Part shown: positions 43,484 through 44,639 of the stretch, piece after piece
How the letters are laid out: the number at the start of each line of letters is the position of its first letter
Position numbering within the stretch: position 1 is the first letter of the stretch
NCBI GenBank assembly: GCA_037140395.1
Contig: JBAXEO010000001.1
Location: 1-44,639 of the forward strand
Direction: 5' to 3'
Length of the DNA stretch: 44,639 nt
Origin: Coriobacteriia bacterium
GTDB lineage: Bacteria; Actinomycetota; Coriobacteriia; Anaerosomatales; JAAXUF01
The notes under the pieces: generated by a model
What the model was told of the DNA's origin: nothing
Database searches by the model: none
Seen by the model: only the letters and a program-made list of their open reading frames with translations
Translations under genes and position numbers: made by a program

Positions 43484-44451
43484 TTCTTCTTCCTGAAGTA
43501 ACCGGCCATGATCACGGCAATGACAACCATGGATCCCACAACCGCGTAGAACGACCACGCCGCCTCAGGAGGCGGCCACATTCCTCCCGGATACATAGGC
43601 CGCCCAACGACGTTCATCCCGTAGATACCCGATAGCAGCGTCAAAGGCATGAAGATTGTCGCGACCACCGTGAGCTGCTTCATGATCTCGTTCATGCGGT
43701 TGTTCTGCGCCGACAAATAGATATCCATGACCGAAGCCGCGACATCCTGGTAGGTCTCGATAGAGTCCTGAACGCGCGACAGGTGGTCTCCTACGTCTTG
43801 GAAGTACCGGAACGCATTCTCACTGACGACGTTGCGTTCTCGGCCCACACCCCGGATCACGTCACGCTCGGGAGCGATGATGCGGTGAAGCTTGAGCAAC
43901 TTTCGCCGAATCTGATGCAATGTCAGCAGGTCTTCCTGACGTGGATCGTCAAGCATCTGCTCCTCAACGGCCTCAAGTTGCTCTCCAACCGAATCGACGA
44001 GCGGCAGGCTTGAGTCGACGAGCTGGTCGATGATGGCGTGCAGTGTCCAGTCAGGTCCGCCTTTGAGCGTTCTGAGCGCGTCAGCAGCGACGGTATCGAT
44101 TGTCGGACAGGGTTCGGCATGTAGCGTCACCAAGTAGTTGGGCCCGATGAACACATCGAGCTCGTGAGAGGACACGGCACCAGCGCTCGTGCGGTAGGGC
44201 GTTACCCACACCAAGAAGAGCCCGCTGGGATAGACATCCACCTTGGCCCTCTGCCGATTATGAGCGCTGTCCTCCAGTGCCAGAGGATGGAGGTCGAAGC
44301 GTGTTTCAATCGTCGACAAATCGCTCTGTGCGGGCGCCTGGATATCCACCCACACCCACGGGGCAGCCGAAAGGTCCGCGCCCATGGCGTCCGCGTCACC
44401 CTGCTGCGGCGTCCCGTCCTGGCCCAACCAGCGCACAACCGTTGTCGACAT
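43474..44451 (-). CDS. corA: Magnesium/cobalt transporter CorA
   Basis: YGMNV motif between two C-terminal TM helices and a long acidic N-terminal domain. I preferred the ATG at 44451, preceded by GGGGGAGGG. Confidence 0.9.
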   Translation of the reverse strand: MSTTVVRWLGQDGTPQQGDADAMGADLSAAPWVWVDIQAPAQSDLSTIETRFDLHPLALEDSAHNRQRAKVDVYPSGLFLVWVTPYRTSAGAVSSHELDVFIGPNYLVTLHAEPCPTIDTVAADALRTLKGGPDWTLHAIIDQLVDSSLPLVDSVGEQLEAVEEQMLDDPRQEDLLTLHQIRRKLLKLHRIIAPERDVIRGVGRERNVVSENAFRYFQDVGDHLSRVQDSIETYQDVAASVMDIYLSAQNNRMNEIMKQLTVVATIFMPLTLLSGIYGMNVVGRPMYPGGMWPPPEAAWSFYAVVGSMVVIAVIMAGYFRKKKWW

Positions 44452-44639
44452 TGCCACGCCCTCCCCCACTGCGACCTGCGGAATTCCCGCTGCCTTAGTC
44501 TATCGTGTTGGCGTGGCATTCGCGCGGCAATCCGCCGACGAATGGGTAGAGGCTATTGCGTCGGGCGTTGATGGCTGGCGTTGGCGGCAGCAGCGATAAC
44601 TAGACCCGTGCTCTGCGAGAGAGGTGCACTGTGCGAAAG

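Noticed and set aside
44452-44639. Possible M-box (Mg2+) riboswitch in the 188-nt region upstream of corA.
   Set aside because: The reverse complement lacks the conserved GUUAGGUGAGGCUCC and GCUAAUGGG-type elements. Only a CUGCUGCC fragment is similar. The window also ends here, so the leader may be incomplete.
1-44639. Search for CRISPR repeats, transposase/integrase genes, long direct or inverted repeats, toxin-antitoxin pairs and known defence-system genes.
   Set aside because: None was seen. Intergenic spaces are short, there are no regularly spaced repeats, and every large ORF is assigned to housekeeping, metabolic or envelope functions. The only repeated sequences are the paralogous SBP, paaK and ACT genes.

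Overview
This is a high-GC, densely packed chromosomal segment with about 47 protein genes. Many genes are linked by 1-8 nt start/stop overlaps (ATGA, GTGA). The source is almost certainly an anaerobic member of the Actinomycetota. From memory, the gene order mirrors two conserved actinobacterial blocks: miaB..miaA-dapF..hflX / lexA-LysM gene-nrdR, and CDP-alcohol transferase(pgsA2/cls-type) ... gcvH-FHA(GarA-like)-MerR. I found no rRNA, tRNA, CRISPR array, transposase, integrase or recognisable defence gene.

Layout:
- 33-7335 (+): miaB, a LigB/Memo-like+AMMECR1 fusion, miaA, dapF, a DapL-type aminotransferase, hflX.
- 7363-11382: lexA, divergent from a TM+LysM gene across four SOS boxes, then nrdR, dut, a Nudix gene and a polysaccharide deacetylase.
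- 11554-12809 (-): three small genes of unknown function.
- 12851-22839 (-): a ten-gene operon, iorA-iorB-ACT-2xSBP-livHMGF-paaK.
- 22963-35423 (-): NlpC/P60, apt, an RCK K+ channel, hpt, a nuclease-like orphan, MerR, FHA, two small orphans (one RsiG-like), lplA-like, gcvPB-PA-H-T, and a D,D-carboxypeptidase.
- 35575-44451: a degenerate GGDEF membrane protein, a second ACT-paaK pair, VanW/G5, an 836-aa nucleotidyltransferase+phosphohexomutase-like fusion, a CDP-alcohol phosphatidyltransferase, corA.

Most of the window is housekeeping, and I see no clear-cut novel multi-gene system. The best leads are:
- the AMMECR1 fusion embedded in the miaB-miaA operon;
- two candidate c-di-GMP receptors (a single-motif RsiG-like protein, and an I-site-only GGDEF);
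- the aryl-acid operon;
- a phosphomutase domain with degenerate catalytic motifs;
- several tightly coupled orphans.

All calls come from reading the ORF translations and the DNA by eye. No searches were run.
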